Positions 43,979-55,559 of a stretch of DNA of 64,000 bases are shown in pieces. The position numbers and the translations under genes are program-made. The DNA is taken from assembly GCF_988243305.1 (NCBI RefSeq), contig NZ_OZ547136.1, one strand, 5' to 3'. Position 1 is the first letter of the stretch. Every line of letters begins with the position of its first letter. Below the pieces are notes generated by a model. That model was not told the origin of the DNA. It ran no database searches and saw only the letters and a program-made list of their open reading frames with translations.

Positions 43979-45295
43979 ATGGACTCCACGCTCATCTCCA
44001 CTCGTCCCGATGAAGGGACGCTTTCGTTAAGTCGCGCCCGACGAGCTGCGTTAGGCAGTTTCGCTGGTGCCGTCGTCGACTGGTATGATTTTTTACTCTA
44101 TGGCATTACCGCCGCACTGGTGTTTAATCGCGAGTTTTTCCCGCAAGTAAGCCCGGCGATGGGAACGCTCGCCGCATTTGCCACCTTTGGTGTCGGCTTC
44201 CTTTTCCGACCGCTCGGCGGTGTCATTTTCGGTCACTTTGGTGACCGACTGGGACGTAAGCGCATGTTAATGCTGACCGTCTGGATGATGGGCATCGCGA
44301 CAGCCTTGATTGGTATTCTTCCTTCATTCTCGACCATTGGGTGGTGGGCACCTATTTTGCTGGTGACACTGCGTGCCATTCAGGGATTTGCCGTCGGCGG
44401 CGAATGGGGAGGCGCAGCGTTGCTTTCCGTTGAAAGTGCGCCGAAAAATAAAAAAGCCTTTTACAGTAGCGGTGTACAAGTTGGCTACGGAGTAGGTTTA
44501 CTGCTTTCAACCGGACTGGTTTCATTGATCAGTATGATGACGACTGACGTACAGTTTTTAAGCTGGGGCTGGCGCATTCCTTTCCTGTTTAGCATCGTAC
44601 TGGTACTGGGAGCATTGTGGGTGCGCAATGGCATGGAGGAGTCCGCGGAATTTGAACAACAGCAACATAATCAAGCGGCCGCGAAAAAACGCATCCCGGT
44701 TATCGAAGCTCTGTTACGACATCCCGGTGCTTTCCTGAAGATTATTGCGCTACGACTGTGCGAGTTGCTGACGATGTACATCGTTACCGCCTTTGCACTT
44801 AATTATTCAACCCAGAATATGGGGTTACCGCGCGAACTTTTCCTTAATATTGGTTTGCTGGTAGGTGGATTAAGCTGCCTGACAATTCCCTGTTTTGCCT
44901 GGCTTGCCGATCGTTTTGGTCGCCGCAGGTTTTATATCACAGGTGCGTTAATCGGAATGTTGAGCGCATTTCCTTTCTTTATGGCGCTTGAAGCACAATC
45001 TATTTTCTGGATAGTTTTCTTCTCCATAATGCTGGCAAACATTGCGCATGACATGGTGGTGTGTGTGCAACAACCGATGTTTACCGAAATGTTTGGTGCC
45101 AGTTATCGCTATAGTGGCGCTGGAGTCGGTTATCAGGTTGCCAGTGTGGTTGGTGGTGGATTTACACCTTTTATTGCCGCTGCACTCATCACTTACTTTG
45201 CCGGGAACTGGCATAGCGTCGCCATTTATTTGCTGGCTGGATGCCTGATTTCCGCAATAACCGCTTTGTTGATGAAAGACAATCAACGCGCTTGA
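43979..45295 (+). CDS. shiA: shikimate:H+ symporter (MFS)
   Basis: 438-aa 12-TM ORF matching recalled ShiA. Confidence 0.9.
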   Translation: MDSTLISTRPDEGTLSLSRARRAALGSFAGAVVDWYDFLLYGITAALVFNREFFPQVSPAMGTLAAFATFGVGFLFRPLGGVIFGHFGDRLGRKRMLMLTVWMMGIATALIGILPSFSTIGWWAPILLVTLRAIQGFAVGGEWGGAALLSVESAPKNKKAFYSSGVQVGYGVGLLLSTGLVSLISMMTTDVQFLSWGWRIPFLFSIVLVLGALWVRNGMEESAEFEQQQHNQAAAKKRIPVIEALLRHPGAFLKIIALRLCELLTMYIVTAFALNYSTQNMGLPRELFLNIGLLVGGLSCLTIPCFAWLADRFGRRRFYITGALIGMLSAFPFFMALEAQSIFWIVFFSIMLANIAHDMVVCVQQPMFTEMFGASYRYSGAGVGYQVASVVGGGFTPFIAAALITYFAGNWHSVAIYLLAGCLISAITALLMKDNQRA

Positions 45296-45396
45296 TAGCC
45301 TGGCGAAGATCATCCGATCTTCGCCTTACACTTTTGTTTCACATTCCTGTGACATACTATCGGATGTGCGGTAATTGTATGGAACAGGAGACACAC

Positions 45397-46851
45397 ATGA
45401 ATAATAAGGGCTCCGGTCTGACCCCAGCTCAGGCACTGGATAAACTCGACGCGCTGTATGAGCAATCTGTAGTTGCTTTACGCAACGCCATTGGCAACTA
45501 TATTACAAGTGGCGAATTACCTGATGAAAACGCCCGCAAACAAGGTCTTTTTGTCTATCCATCACTGACCGTAACTTGGGATGGTAGCACAACCAATCCC
45601 CCTAAAACGCGCGCATTTGGTCGTTTTACTCACGCAGGCAGCTACACCACCACGATTACTCGCCCTACTCTCTTTCGTTCGTATCTCAATGAACAACTTA
45701 CGTTGCTGTATCAGGATTATGGTGCGCATATCTCGGTGCAACCCTCGCAGCATGAAATCCCTTATCCTTATGTCATTGATGGCTCTGAATTGACACTTGA
45801 TCGCTCAATGAGCGCTGGGTTAACTCGCTATTTCCCGACAACAGAACTGGCGCAAATTGGCGATGAAACTGCAGACGGCATTTATCATCCAACTGAATTC
45901 TCCCCGCTATCGCATTTTGATGCGCGCCGCGTCGATTTTTCCCTCGCGCGGTTGCGCCATTATACCGGTACGCCAGTTGAACATTTTCAGCCGTTCGTCT
46001 TGTTTACCAACTACACACGTTATGTGGATGAATTCGTTCGTTGGGGATGCAGCCAGATCCTCGATCCTGATAGTCCCTACATTGCCCTTTCTTGTGCTGG
46101 CGGGAACTGGATCACCGCCGAAACCGAAGCGCCAGAAGAAGCCATTTCCGACCTTGCATGGAAAAAACACCAGATGCCCGCGTGGCATTTAATTACCGCC
46201 GATGGTCAGGGTATTACTCTGGTGAATATTGGCGTGGGACCGTCAAATGCTAAAACCATCTGCGATCATCTGGCAGTACTACGCCCGGATGTCTGGTTGA
46301 TGATTGGTCACTGTGGTGGCTTACGTGAAAGCCAGGCCATTGGCGATTATGTACTTGCACATGCTTATTTACGCGATGATCACGTTCTTGATGCGGTTCT
46401 GCCGCCCGATATTCCTATTCCAAGCATTGCTGAAGTGCAACGTGCGCTTTATGACGCTACCAAGTTAGTCAGCGGCAGGCCCGGTGAGGAAGTCAAACAG
46501 CGGCTGCGTACAGGTACTGTGGTAACCACAGATGACAGGAACTGGGAATTACGTTACTCAGCTTCTGCACTTCGTTTTAACTTAAGCCGGGCCGTGGCAA
46601 TTGATATGGAAAGTGCAACCATTGCCGCGCAAGGATATCGTTTCCGCGTGCCATACGGGACACTACTGTGTGTTTCAGATAAACCGTTGCATGGCGAGAT
46701 TAAACTTCCCGGCCAGGCTAACCGTTTTTATGAAGGCGCTATTTCCGAACACCTGCAAATTGGCATTCGGGCGATCGATTTGCTGCGCGCAGAAGGCGAC
46801 CGACTGCATTCACGTAAATTACGAACCTTTAATGAGCCGCCGTTCCGATAA
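45397..46851 (+). CDS. amn: AMP nucleosidase
   Basis: Start set at MNNKGSGLTPAQ (484 aa) with GGAG upstream, not the longer ORF from 45241. Confidence 0.9.
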   Translation: MNNKGSGLTPAQALDKLDALYEQSVVALRNAIGNYITSGELPDENARKQGLFVYPSLTVTWDGSTTNPPKTRAFGRFTHAGSYTTTITRPTLFRSYLNEQLTLLYQDYGAHISVQPSQHEIPYPYVIDGSELTLDRSMSAGLTRYFPTTELAQIGDETADGIYHPTEFSPLSHFDARRVDFSLARLRHYTGTPVEHFQPFVLFTNYTRYVDEFVRWGCSQILDPDSPYIALSCAGGNWITAETEAPEEAISDLAWKKHQMPAWHLITADGQGITLVNIGVGPSNAKTICDHLAVLRPDVWLMIGHCGGLRESQAIGDYVLAHAYLRDDHVLDAVLPPDIPIPSIAEVQRALYDATKLVSGRPGEEVKQRLRTGTVVTTDDRNWELRYSASALRFNLSRAVAIDMESATIAAQGYRFRVPYGTLLCVSDKPLHGEIKLPGQANRFYEGAISEHLQIGIRAIDLLRAEGDRLHSRKLRTFNEPPFR

Positions 46852-47193
46852 TAAGTTATGAACCTTCTTATCAGAAATAGATGTGAAGGATTAAGTAAGA
46901 CATCTGGCAAATAGCCTGCAATAAACGCGGGCTGTTTGCTTCCTTGGGCAGATGCGAGTTTTATTATCGTCTTAATGATTTCCACATATTAAAAGCAAGT
47001 ATGCTTTCAAAACACAATTATAAAAAATCCCGCCAACAACATTAGTTTTTATAAAATTAAATATAAGATTATGGCTTTAGAATATTTTTATTTCTAATAG
47101 ACGAGATTTTTCCTGTTATGATATAATATGCTGAATTAACACATGTTAACGATTTACCAGTAATGTAAATAAATTTTCGAGGAGATCATTCCA

Positions 47194-47910
47194 GTGGGAC
47201 GTAAATGGGCCAATATTGTTGCTAAAAAAACGGCTAAAGACGGTGCAACGTCTAAAATTTATGCAAAATTCGGTGTAGAAATCTATGCTGCTGCCAAACA
47301 AGGTGAACCCGATCCAGAATTAAACACATCTTTAAAATTCGTTATTGAACGTGCAAAGCAGGCACAAGTTCCAAAGCACGTTATTGATAAAGCAATTGAT
47401 AAAGCCAAAGGCGGTGGAGATGAAACGTTCGTACAGGGACGTTATGAAGGCTTTGGTCCTAATGGCTCAATGATTATTGCTGAGACATTGACTTCAAATG
47501 TTAACCGTACGATTGCTAACGTTCGCACAATTTTCAATAAAAAAGGCGGCAATATCGGAGCGGCAGGTTCTGTCAGCTATATGTTTGACAATACGGGTGT
47601 GATTGTATTTAAAGGAACAGACCCTGACCATATTTTTGAAATTTTGCTTGAAGCTGAAGTTGATGTTCGTGATGTAACTGAAGAAGAAGGTAATATTGTT
47701 ATTTATACTGAACCTACTGACCTTCATAAAGGAATCGCGGCGCTAAAAGCAGCTGGAATCACTGAGTTCTCAACAACAGAATTAGAAATGATTGCTCAAT
47801 CTGAAGTTGAGCTTTCCCCAGAAGATTTAGAAATCTTTGAAGGGCTTGTTGATGCCCTTGAAGATGACGACGATGTACAAAAAGTTTATCATAACGTCGC
47901 AAATCTCTAA
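47194..47910 (+). CDS. yeeN: YebC/PmpR-family transcriptional regulator
   Basis: 238-aa ORF with GTG start; matches recalled YeeN. Confidence 0.85.
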
Positions 47911-47919
47911 TTATATGTT

Positions 47920-47952
47920 AAAGAAATCTGTCTTTATGGCAGATTTCTTTAA
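47920..47952 (+). terminator. rho-independent terminator downstream of yeeN
   Basis: Stem aaagaaatctg / cagatttcttt with 9-nt loop. Confidence 0.5.
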
Positions 47953-48364
47953 TCTCATATAATCCTTATAAAAATATAATGTTTAACTCGTCATATTGCT
48001 TATAAAAAATCCCCGTTCCCAGAGAAATAATATTTATTAAAATGGCAGGTCTTCTTTTTCTGATTACCGAAGACAAAGTGGCAATTACGTATAGTTTCCC
48101 GATAAAGACGCGACAGCTACATCCCGCATAAGGCATTTTTCTCTTTATCTTTGTACGGTACTTCATGGAACAGAATTTTTGACCTTGTGAATCGTGATGT
48201 CTGTTGGGGAGGAGCAATTTGCTCACTGAAGCGTGAGACTCGATTAAGCGCACGAAACACAGAAATCAAAAAACCCGGCCACTTTTTTACAAACTGACCG
48301 GGTAAAAATAATTTTTATTTTTTAACTGCCTTGAGACTCATAGAGATGTCTCAAAACTAAAATT

Positions 48365-48440
48365 TGGCTCCTCTGACTGGACTCGAACCAGTGACATACG
48401 GATTAACAGTCCGCCGTTCTACCGACTGAACTACAGAGGA
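48365..48440 (-). tRNA. asnW: tRNA-Asn (anticodon GTT)
   Basis: Exact reverse complement of the 76-nt asnT sequence; gene name assigned from recalled K-12 order. Confidence 0.93.
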
Positions 48441-48540
48441 ATCGTGAGAACGAGGCGAATATTAGCGATGCCCACCCACAATGTCAAAGCCTGTTTTTTA
48501 AATTTGAAATCGTTTGCTGAAATAATCTGCATTTTGTTGT

Positions 48541-50028
48541 TTATTCCGACACAACTGGCTTTTTTTCACACTTTTGCGGTTCGGGTCGAGGGTATTTCCA
48601 TAGCCAACGTCCAGTAACCATTCGCCAGTAAAACAGCACGGCCCGCACAGCCCAGTCGGCAAACATTCCCATCCAGACACCAACCACACCCCAGCCAAGC
48701 ATGATGCCCAGCACATAACCGACGACAACCCGGCAACCCCACATGCTCAACATAGAAACCCACATAGCGTAACGGGCGTCACGAGCCCCCTTAAATCCAG
48801 CGGGTAGCACCCATGAGGCGGACCAAATAGGCATAAATAAAGCATTTAGCCAAATCAGAATCACAACGACATGTTTAACCTGTGGATCCTGGGTGTAAAA
48901 CGATGCCATAACCCCGGCAAAGGGAGCCGTTAGCCAGGCGATGGCCGTTAATCCAAGAGTGGACAGCCAGAAGACATGCCGCAACTGAATCTCTGCTTGC
49001 GCTATCTGCCCTACCCCTAACCTTCGGCCTGTAATGATCGTAGAAGCAGAGCCGAGCGCACTTCCGGGTAAGTTGATAAGAGCCGCAATTGAAAACGCGA
49101 TAAAATTTCCGGCAATAACACTGGTCCCCATCCCGGCAACGAACATTTGGGTTAATAACCGACCACTGGTAAATAACACTGATTCGACACTCGCTGGAAT
49201 ACCAATCCCCATGACTTCCCAGATAATGCTAAAATTCAGCGGTTTAAAATAGCTCTTTAACGAAATCCTTAGCGCAGGATTAAAACCAATCGCCAGCACC
49301 CACAAAATTGCAACTGCGCCAATATAACGAGAAATGGTTAAACCCAACCCAGCCCCGACAAATCCCAGTCCCGGCCAGGAGAAAAGGCCGTAAATCAATA
49401 TGCCGCTAATAATAATATTAAGAATATTCAGGCTACCGTTAATCAGTAGCGGTATTTTCGTATTCCCTGCACCACGAAGTGCCCCGCTACCAATCAAAGT
49501 GATGGCAGCTGCTGGATAACTGAGTACCGTCAGCTCCAGATAAGTCAACGCCAGTGCTTTAACTTCTGTCGTGGCATCACCCGCGACGAAATCAATAATT
49601 TGCTCGCCAAAATGATGAATAAGCGTTGCCAACAGTACGGCAAACAACGTCATGATCACCAATGACTGCCGCGTCGCCACCCTCGCTCGTCGTCGATCCC
49701 GCTTACCGAGACTAAATGCCACAACGACAGTAGTACCAAGATCGATAGCAGCAAAAAAAGCCATAATGACCATATTGAAGCTGTCCGCCAATCCCACGCC
49801 GGCCATCGCATCTTTTCCCAGCCAGCTGACCAGAAAAGTGCTCAGAACCCCCATCAACAGGACACAGGCATTCTCCATGAAGATAGGAACAGCAAGCGGG
49901 GTTATCTCGCGCCAGAACAACACTTTGTAGCTCTTGCGTTTAGCGTGCCAGCGAGTGCCGTGAACAACCTGGCGTAAAGCAGAGGAGATATTCAAAGCCG
50001 ACCTTAATTGCAGAAAGTGAAACCACAT
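48541..50028 (-). CDS. yeeO: MATE-family efflux transporter
   Basis: Polytopic membrane ORF; start set at MWFHFLQ (495 aa); the ORF track extends to 50181 (546 aa). Confidence 0.8.
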   Translation of the reverse strand: MWFHFLQLRSALNISSALRQVVHGTRWHAKRKSYKVLFWREITPLAVPIFMENACVLLMGVLSTFLVSWLGKDAMAGVGLADSFNMVIMAFFAAIDLGTTVVVAFSLGKRDRRRARVATRQSLVIMTLFAVLLATLIHHFGEQIIDFVAGDATTEVKALALTYLELTVLSYPAAAITLIGSGALRGAGNTKIPLLINGSLNILNIIISGILIYGLFSWPGLGFVGAGLGLTISRYIGAVAILWVLAIGFNPALRISLKSYFKPLNFSIIWEVMGIGIPASVESVLFTSGRLLTQMFVAGMGTSVIAGNFIAFSIAALINLPGSALGSASTIITGRRLGVGQIAQAEIQLRHVFWLSTLGLTAIAWLTAPFAGVMASFYTQDPQVKHVVVILIWLNALFMPIWSASWVLPAGFKGARDARYAMWVSMLSMWGCRVVVGYVLGIMLGWGVVGVWMGMFADWAVRAVLFYWRMVTGRWLWKYPRPEPQKCEKKPVVSE

Positions 50029-50188
50029 TTCAAATAATGAGGGAGAATCAGCAAAGCTGCAAAGATTTTCGCCAACAAATTGTCTGCAAATGCAACAAAC
50101 TGTTGATAGAAACGGCAAACAGTTGGGGAATTTAAAAATCGGGTTTGACAAAAGATTTTTCGCCGTTAAGATGTGCCTCAACAGCGAT

Positions 50189-50264
50189 TCCTCTGTAGTT
50201 CAGTCGGTAGAACGGCGGACTGTTAATCCGTATGTCACTGGTTCGAGTCCAGTCAGAGGAGCCA
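50189..50264 (+). tRNA. asnU: tRNA-Asn (anticodon GTT)
   Basis: 76-nt sequence identical to asnT, followed by a terminator hairpin. Confidence 0.93.
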
Positions 50265-50273
50265 AATTTATGA

Positions 50274-50300
50274 AAAGCCCGCTTTTATAGCGGGCTTTTT
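50274..50300 (+). terminator. rho-independent terminator after asnU
   Basis: aaagcccgc ttttat agcgggcttttt. Confidence 0.65.
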
Positions 50301-50301
50301 G

Positions 50302-51252
50302 CTATATCTGATAATCAATTTCCTCTTCACTGTTTTCCATCACCTGGCGCTTGATATCCTCAACTGACAGTCCTGCATTACAAAGTTCCAGAAAGCGCCA
50401 GACATAGTTACGCTGAAGTTGTCCTCGCTTGAGTCCCAACCAGACAGTATTAGCATCGAAAAGATGCCGCGTATCCAGGCGGATTAAATTCTTTTCCTCT
50501 TGTTCACCGCTGGATTGTTCGGCAACTAATCCGATCCCAAGCCCAAGAGCAACATAGGTTTTAATGACATCAGAATCCTGCGCACTTAATACAATATCTG
50601 CCAGCAAACCTTTGCGGGCAAATGCGTCATCAATACGTGAGCGCCCCGTAATCCCCTGTCGGTAAGTGATTAACGGCCACTTCGCTATTGATTCCAGCGT
50701 CAATGGTGTAATTTGCGTCAAGGGATGATCGTGTGGAACAAGCAAACTATGGTGCCAACGAAACCACGGGAAGGCGACGAGCTGCGGGTCATTACTCAAA
50801 CGCTCGCTGGCGATACCAATATCAGCTTCGCCATTTTGCAACAACGTCGCAATTTCCTGTGGCGTACCCTGGATTAGCTCCAGCCGAACCTCCGGGAAAA
50901 GTTCGCGAAAAGCTTTAATGACCTCAGGCAAGCTATAACGTGCCTGAGTATGCGTTGTTGCAATAGTGAGAACGCCAGACGTATCGTTGGTAAACAGGTC
51001 TGCAAGCCGACGAACATTACTGGCTTCATTCAGAATACGTTCTGCAATGACCAGTAATGCTTTGCCCGGTTCAGTCATGCCCAGCAGTCGCTTACCTCGT
51101 CGAACAAATATTTCGATGCCAAGTTCATCCTCCAGTTCCCGAATATGACGGCTGACGCCGGACTGTGAGGTAAAAAGCATATTCGCAACCTCTGTCAGGT
51201 TGTAATCCTGACGTGCAGCCTCGCGGATTATCTTTAGTTGTTGGAAATTCAC
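50302..51252 (-). CDS. cbl: LysR-family regulator of sulfonate utilisation (CysB-like)
   Basis: 316-aa ORF with N-terminal LysR HTH; matches recalled Cbl. Confidence 0.88.
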   Translation of the reverse strand: MNFQQLKIIREAARQDYNLTEVANMLFTSQSGVSRHIRELEDELGIEIFVRRGKRLLGMTEPGKALLVIAERILNEASNVRRLADLFTNDTSGVLTIATTHTQARYSLPEVIKAFRELFPEVRLELIQGTPQEIATLLQNGEADIGIASERLSNDPQLVAFPWFRWHHSLLVPHDHPLTQITPLTLESIAKWPLITYRQGITGRSRIDDAFARKGLLADIVLSAQDSDVIKTYVALGLGIGLVAEQSSGEQEEKNLIRLDTRHLFDANTVWLGLKRGQLQRNYVWRFLELCNAGLSVEDIKRQVMENSEEEIDYQI

Positions 51253-51353
51253 GGTAAACTCCGGGCAGTTCAGATTTTCCGTTATTGTTAAAGTCTAATG
51301 CCCGGCATAACAAATAATAAAAACCCGCATCTTATTCCATCCCGATATAACGC

Positions 51354-52271
51354 TTAGCTCACCAATTGCCACTGCCTTTTTTCCATCACTGGAGAACTCA
51401 TCACTGACATTAACAACTCTTTCACTGCCTGTGCCTGTGGTGATAAGTTCGCTCTGGCGGGTAAATTTAATGACAAAGAGAGACTCATGGAAGGTGTGGT
51501 AATGCGTGACATCCACCCGTTTACTGCGCCACATAACGAACGCGCGGCCGATTCGGGTAATACTGCAACGCCCATGCCGCTGGCAATCGCTGCGGTAAGC
51601 GTGGCAATAGACTCAATTTCACCAATGACTTTTGCCGTGAGTCGCCGTAGGGAAAACGCCTCATCAACACGAAGTCTAACAGCGCTGTAATCACTGGGGA
51701 GAAAGAGGTTCATTTGTGCAATAGCATTAACATCAACGCTTTGCCCCGGGCAATCTTGAGTTCCTACCAGGAAAAGATCTTCTTTCAGCAAAGCCTGACT
51801 GGATACCCCAGCCACAGGGGAATGCTCATAAATCACCGCCATATCGAGTTGGTGATTTATCAGTTTTTCGTTAAGCACTGCACCGCTATTTTCATGAAGA
51901 TAGATAACGATCTCCGGGAATTCAGCGCGAACCGCCTGTAATAAGGGCATGGTGATAGATGACGCAGCGGTTCCTGGCGCAAAGCCAATCGAGACTTGCC
52001 CCGATAATGCCTGACCAACGTTATGCACCGCCAGTTGGGCCTGCTCACACTGACGTAAAATGGCCCGCGCATGGGTATAGAGAATTTTTCCGGCGTCTGT
52101 TGGCGTAACGCCCCGTTTTGTGCGAATCAAAAGTTGTTGATTTAACTCACCTTCCAGTGTGGCAACCTGCTGGCTGAGCGCTGGTTGTGCGATATGCAAT
52201 ACTTCAGCAGCCTGAGTCAGGCTACCAATATCTACAATTTTTACGAAGTATTTCAGGCGTCTGAAGTTCAT
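51354..52271 (-). CDS. nac: nitrogen assimilation control protein (LysR family)
   Basis: Start set at MNFRRLKYF (305 aa) rather than the longer ORF to 52301. Confidence 0.88.
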   Translation of the reverse strand: MNFRRLKYFVKIVDIGSLTQAAEVLHIAQPALSQQVATLEGELNQQLLIRTKRGVTPTDAGKILYTHARAILRQCEQAQLAVHNVGQALSGQVSIGFAPGTAASSITMPLLQAVRAEFPEIVIYLHENSGAVLNEKLINHQLDMAVIYEHSPVAGVSSQALLKEDLFLVGTQDCPGQSVDVNAIAQMNLFLPSDYSAVRLRVDEAFSLRRLTAKVIGEIESIATLTAAIASGMGVAVLPESAARSLCGAVNGWMSRITTPSMSLSLSLNLPARANLSPQAQAVKELLMSVMSSPVMEKRQWQLVS

Positions 52272-52596
52272 GTTGCCTCCGGTTTTTGAGAATCGGCCCA
52301 AGTGCCGCCATTACTTACAACCAGACTGCAAGATGCTTGCCAGTTTTATTTTGGCGTTGATGTACAAGCTAACCAACTGTCAAATAAGAGATTATGATAG
52401 ATTCGTCATTGGCTCTTTTCACCAGCAGTCGCGTTCCCCTGCCCTATAAAAGGAGGGTATGCACCACGATGGTTCATTACCAATAAGATTGAAATCTCAT
52501 CACTTTGTTGAAATTGGCAGCAAACAAACAAAAAAATGCATTTCACCCTTTGACATCACCATGCACTGCCATTAATATGCGCCCCGTTCACACGAT

Positions 52597-52672
52597 TCCT
52601 CTGTAGTTCAGTCGGTAGAACGGCGGACTGTTAATCCGTATGTCACTGGTTCGAGTCCAGTCAGAGGAGCCA
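52597..52672 (+). tRNA. asnV: tRNA-Asn (anticodon GTT)
   Basis: 76-nt sequence identical to asnT, followed by a terminator hairpin. Confidence 0.93.
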
Positions 52673-52680
52673 AATTCAAA

Positions 52681-52706
52681 AAAGCCTGCTTTCTAGCAGG
52701 CTTTTT
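52681..52706 (+). terminator. rho-independent terminator after asnV
   Basis: aaagcctgct ttct agcaggcttttt. Confidence 0.65.
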
Positions 52707-52727
52707 GCTTTCTAATTACCAACGCTC

Positions 52728-53663
52728 TTAAAACATCTGTCTTGAACCAGAACTAATTTGCACAGGCATTCCCGATCGACGTTGCAACGCAGCATTTGCG
52801 CGATTCACATCAACTTCTTGCCCGTTGATAAACGCCCGCAAAGATGGGGTTACCGGCAATGGCACTTTTCGGTCAGACTCATATTCTGCACGATTGCGCG
52901 ACAGCGGCTCATGAACTTCCAGCCAGTTCGAGCCATCTGGTTCAGTGGTGTATTTTACTGGCTGGTCGATAATTTGCACACGCGTTCCAACAGGAACATT
53001 ATCAAACAGATATTTGATATCGTCATTGCGCAGACGAATACAGCCCTGACTTACCCGAAGTCCAATACCAAAATTGGCATTGGTACCGTGGATGGCATAC
53101 AACCTGCCAATATAAATCGCGTACAGCCCCATGGGATTATCGGGCCCCGCAGGAACAAATGCGGGCAAACTCTCCCCTCGTTTCGCATATTCGCGCCGAG
53201 TGTTCGGCGTTGGCGTCCAGGTTGGAGCTTCTTGTTTACGTTCAACGGTAGTCACCCAGTTACGCGGGGTTTCTCTCCCAGCCTGGCCGATACCAATAGG
53301 AAAGACTTCCACAGTATTACTGTCTGGCGGGTAGTAATAAAGACGCATCTCAGCGACGTTAACCACAATCCCTTTACGAAAAGTGGCGGGCAAAATCAGT
53401 TGCTGCGGAATGGTGAGTTGCGAGCCAGACTTCGGCAAGAAAACATCAGCGCCCGGATTCGCTTCCAGCATGTTACTTAACCCTTGCCCGTATTGTGCGG
53501 CAAAAGTCTCCAGCGGCTGGGTATTGTGATCAGGAACAGTTACAGTAAGCGACTGCCCCACCAAACGGCTACCCTCTGGAGGTAATGGATAAGTTACCGC
53601 CAGGCTAGTATGGCTGGCAAAAAGCAGAGCAAATGAGCAAAGAATATTTACACGACGCATCAT
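52728..53663 (-). CDS. ldtA: L,D-transpeptidase (ErfK/YkuD family)
   Basis: 311-aa ORF with signal peptide and YkuD-type catalytic region (RVSQGCIRL). Confidence 0.88.
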   Translation of the reverse strand: MMRRVNILCSFALLFASHTSLAVTYPLPPEGSRLVGQSLTVTVPDHNTQPLETFAAQYGQGLSNMLEANPGADVFLPKSGSQLTIPQQLILPATFRKGIVVNVAEMRLYYYPPDSNTVEVFPIGIGQAGRETPRNWVTTVERKQEAPTWTPTPNTRREYAKRGESLPAFVPAGPDNPMGLYAIYIGRLYAIHGTNANFGIGLRVSQGCIRLRNDDIKYLFDNVPVGTRVQIIDQPVKYTTEPDGSNWLEVHEPLSRNRAEYESDRKVPLPVTPSLRAFINGQEVDVNRANAALQRRSGMPVQISSGSRQMF

Positions 53664-53724
53664 GTCCCTTTCCTATGTCGCGAAAGCTATCCGTTAAGTA
53701 TAGCTTTTATCAGACTTTTCGTTT

Positions 53725-54804
53725 TTAACTGTTCAAATCAGAAGTCGTATTCCCCGGTAGAACAATATTACTGGCAGCAAGTTCGCCCATGTTGTTATAT
53801 ATCGCACAGGCAGCTTCGATGATGGGCATCGCCAGAGCTGCGCCACTCCCCTCACCTAAACGCATCTCCATATTGAGATAAGGCTCCAGCCCCAAATGCG
53901 ACAGCGCTATACGCGCCCCTTTTTCTGCCGACAGGTGAGAAGGAATGAGATACGGTTTGATTGCAGGAGACATCTGGCAGGCTGCGAGCGCAGCAGCATA
54001 AGAAAGAAATCCATCCAGCAACACGGGTAAACCGCAGGAAGCAGCGCCTAACATCACGCCAGCCATTCCGACCAAATCAAATCCCCCCACTTTTGCCAGA
54101 ACATCAACGCCATCCTGCGGATTTGGTTGATTCAACGTAATCGCCCGGCGCACAACATCAATTTTATTAGCCAGTTTATCTGTCGGCAGGTTTGCGCCAA
54201 TCCCAACCACTTCTTCAGGATCCCGGCCAGTGATTGTGCTGACTATTGCCGCTGCCGGTGTCGTGTTTGCCATCCCCAGTTCACCTACACCAAACAGCGT
54301 GACACCGTTTTTTGCCAGCTCCCGCGTATAACATATGACGTCCAAAAGCAACTTTTCAGCCTGACGGCGACTCATTGCCGGAGCTGAAGCAATATTGCCG
54401 CTACCTCGTGCGACACGCATGTTGATAAGCCCGGGGATAGGCTCAGCACTATCAATACCAACATCAACTACGTGGACGTTAGCGCCCGCTTGTGCTGCCA
54501 GCACACACACGCCGGTTGTTCCGCGGGTCATATTTTCAGCCTGAATGGCTGTCACTTCTTTTGGGGAAATAGCGACCCCTTCCTCCCAGACGCCGTGATC
54601 GGCACACATAACCAGTACCGCTTTTTTGCCCACATGCGGTATGCCATTCAACCCCGGCATTCCCGCCAGTTGTATGGCAAGCGCCTCCAGCCTTCCCAGG
54701 CTACCAACAGGTTTAAGTAACCCGTCAATATGCCGTTGTGCACGCGACATAGCGGCAGGATCGATAGCAGGGATCGTATTCAGTAAATCGGCAAGTGTTT
54801 GCAT
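53725..54804 (-). CDS. cobT: nicotinate-nucleotide--dimethylbenzimidazole phosphoribosyltransferase
   Basis: 359-aa ORF matching recalled CobT. Confidence 0.9.
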   Translation of the reverse strand: MQTLADLLNTIPAIDPAAMSRAQRHIDGLLKPVGSLGRLEALAIQLAGMPGLNGIPHVGKKAVLVMCADHGVWEEGVAISPKEVTAIQAENMTRGTTGVCVLAAQAGANVHVVDVGIDSAEPIPGLINMRVARGSGNIASAPAMSRRQAEKLLLDVICYTRELAKNGVTLFGVGELGMANTTPAAAIVSTITGRDPEEVVGIGANLPTDKLANKIDVVRRAITLNQPNPQDGVDVLAKVGGFDLVGMAGVMLGAASCGLPVLLDGFLSYAAALAACQMSPAIKPYLIPSHLSAEKGARIALSHLGLEPYLNMEMRLGEGSGAALAMPIIEAACAIYNNMGELAASNIVLPGNTTSDLNS

Positions 54805-54815
54805 GTCACGTCTCT

Positions 54816-55559
54816 TTATAGCAGTGCCAGCAGGAAGACCAGTTCACCAGGCTCTATAGCAGCTCCCAGCGTATCGCCGGTTTGCCCGCCCAGCGTACGT
54901 TTGAGAAGCTGACCGAGGATGAAAATCGCCACCATCGTCACCACCATAGCAGCCACACCATGCATACCCGGCAATAATACGGCAGCAAAAATAGCGGCTA
55001 AGCCGAGTGTGACGCAGGTTTGTCGCCCATCAATTTTGCCAATGAACACATTGCCAAGCCCTTCTTCCCGGGCATAACGATGACGATACATCAATAATGC
55101 GGCAGTCCCGCGGCTGACCGCACATGCTGCCGCCAGCGATGCAAGGATCGGTTCGCCACGCAGAGCCAACTCGCTTAATACCAGAATCTTTGCCAGTACA
55201 ACAAAAATCAATGCCAGACCGCCATGGGTGCCTAAACGGCTATCACGCATGATTTCCAACATGCGATCGCGGCTACGTGCAGAAAATACGCCATCACAGG
55301 TATCGGCGAGGCCGTCCAGATGGAATCCCCCGGTCATCAGCGCCAGCACAAGTACGCTAAACAGTGCCGCCAGTGGTACGCCACACCATGCCTGCAGCAC
55401 CATGAAGACCAGCCCGCTAATCGCGCCAAGCAATAATCCAATTAAAGGAAAAGTAATAATACCGCGAGAATAATGCTCGAAATCCAGTCCCTGGGACCAG
55501 CGACGCGGTACAGGCAGACGCGTAATAAATGAGAGCATCGCCCAAAATAATTTACTCAT
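54816..55559 (-). CDS. cobS: cobalamin 5'-phosphate synthase
   Basis: Membrane ORF; start set at MSKLFWAML (247 aa), overlapping the cobU stop. Confidence 0.88.
   Translation of the reverse strand: MSKLFWAMLSFITRLPVPRRWSQGLDFEHYSRGIITFPLIGLLLGAISGLVFMVLQAWCGVPLAALFSVLVLALMTGGFHLDGLADTCDGVFSARSRDRMLEIMRDSRLGTHGGLALIFVVLAKILVLSELALRGEPILASLAAACAVSRGTAALLMYRHRYAREEGLGNVFIGKIDGRQTCVTLGLAAIFAAVLLPGMHGVAAMVVTMVAIFILGQLLKRTLGGQTGDTLGAAIEPGELVFLLALL

Noticed and set aside
50090-50290. 66-aa ORF overlapping asnU
   Set aside because: Runs through the tRNA-Asn gene; artefact of the six-frame scan.
52758-53480. 240-aa plus-strand ORF antisense to ldtA
   Set aside because: Fully contained antisense within ldtA, which has a signal peptide and catalytic motif; no independent support.
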